From: Raillietiella orientalis | Taxonomy: Eukaryota | Direction of reading: 5' to 3' | DNA: 64,000 nt | Assembly: GCA_036172245.1 (NCBI GenBank) | Contig: JAYWIR010000070.1 | Location: 124,001 to 188,000, forward strand | Shown: in pieces, positions 63,844 through 64,000 of the stretch | Layout of the letters: each line of letters starts with the position of its first letter | Position numbering within the stretch: position 1 is the first letter of the stretch | Made by a program: the position numbers and the translations under genes | Notes under the pieces: generated by a model | What the model saw: only the letters and a program-made list of their open reading frames with translations | Databases searched by the model: none | What the model was told of the DNA's origin: nothing

Positions 63844-64000
63844 CTGGAGAAAACAGGTTTCCGAGATAGCATCGACAATGCATGACCACCCTAGGCAACG
63901 AGCGCGCCACCGGTGGACCCTTTCCTTTTCTTGAAGGAAGGGTGAGAGAGAACCTTCCACCCTATGTGGGCCTTTAGAGAGCAAGCAGGGGGCGAATGGC

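Noticed and set aside
1..64000. CRISPR array, prokaryotic operon or alternative genetic code
   Set aside because: No regularly spaced repeats. Genes are spliced eukaryotic genes that read correctly in the standard code, and stops in the relics co-occur with frameshifts, indicating decay.

Overview
Eukaryotic genomic DNA, probably arthropod (mostly ~40-60 nt GT-AG introns, arthropod-style U4 sequence); the species cannot be determined from sequence alone. Recognisable host genes are SKA1 (-), a small MARVEL-like membrane protein gene (-), mitochondrial asparaginyl-tRNA synthetase (+), CLP1 (+), CTR9 (+) and the 3' part of a gamma-glutamyltranspeptidase gene (-). Intergenic 3.6-32 kb and 58-61.5 kb are largely decayed transposon or coding relics, including two related Tx1/L1-like fragments, a foldback/MITE-like element and Gypsy-like traces. 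The main observation is a full-length ~5.65 kb L1/Tx1-like non-LTR retrotransposon (35416-41062) bounded by a perfect 18-bp target-site duplication. Its 5' UTR is a nearly complete U4 snRNA homolog: the K-turn, central stem, Sm site and 3' hairpin are kept through compensatory-looking changes, while the 5' U6-pairing arm is remodelled. All homology calls come from manual translation and recalled motifs; no database searches were run.
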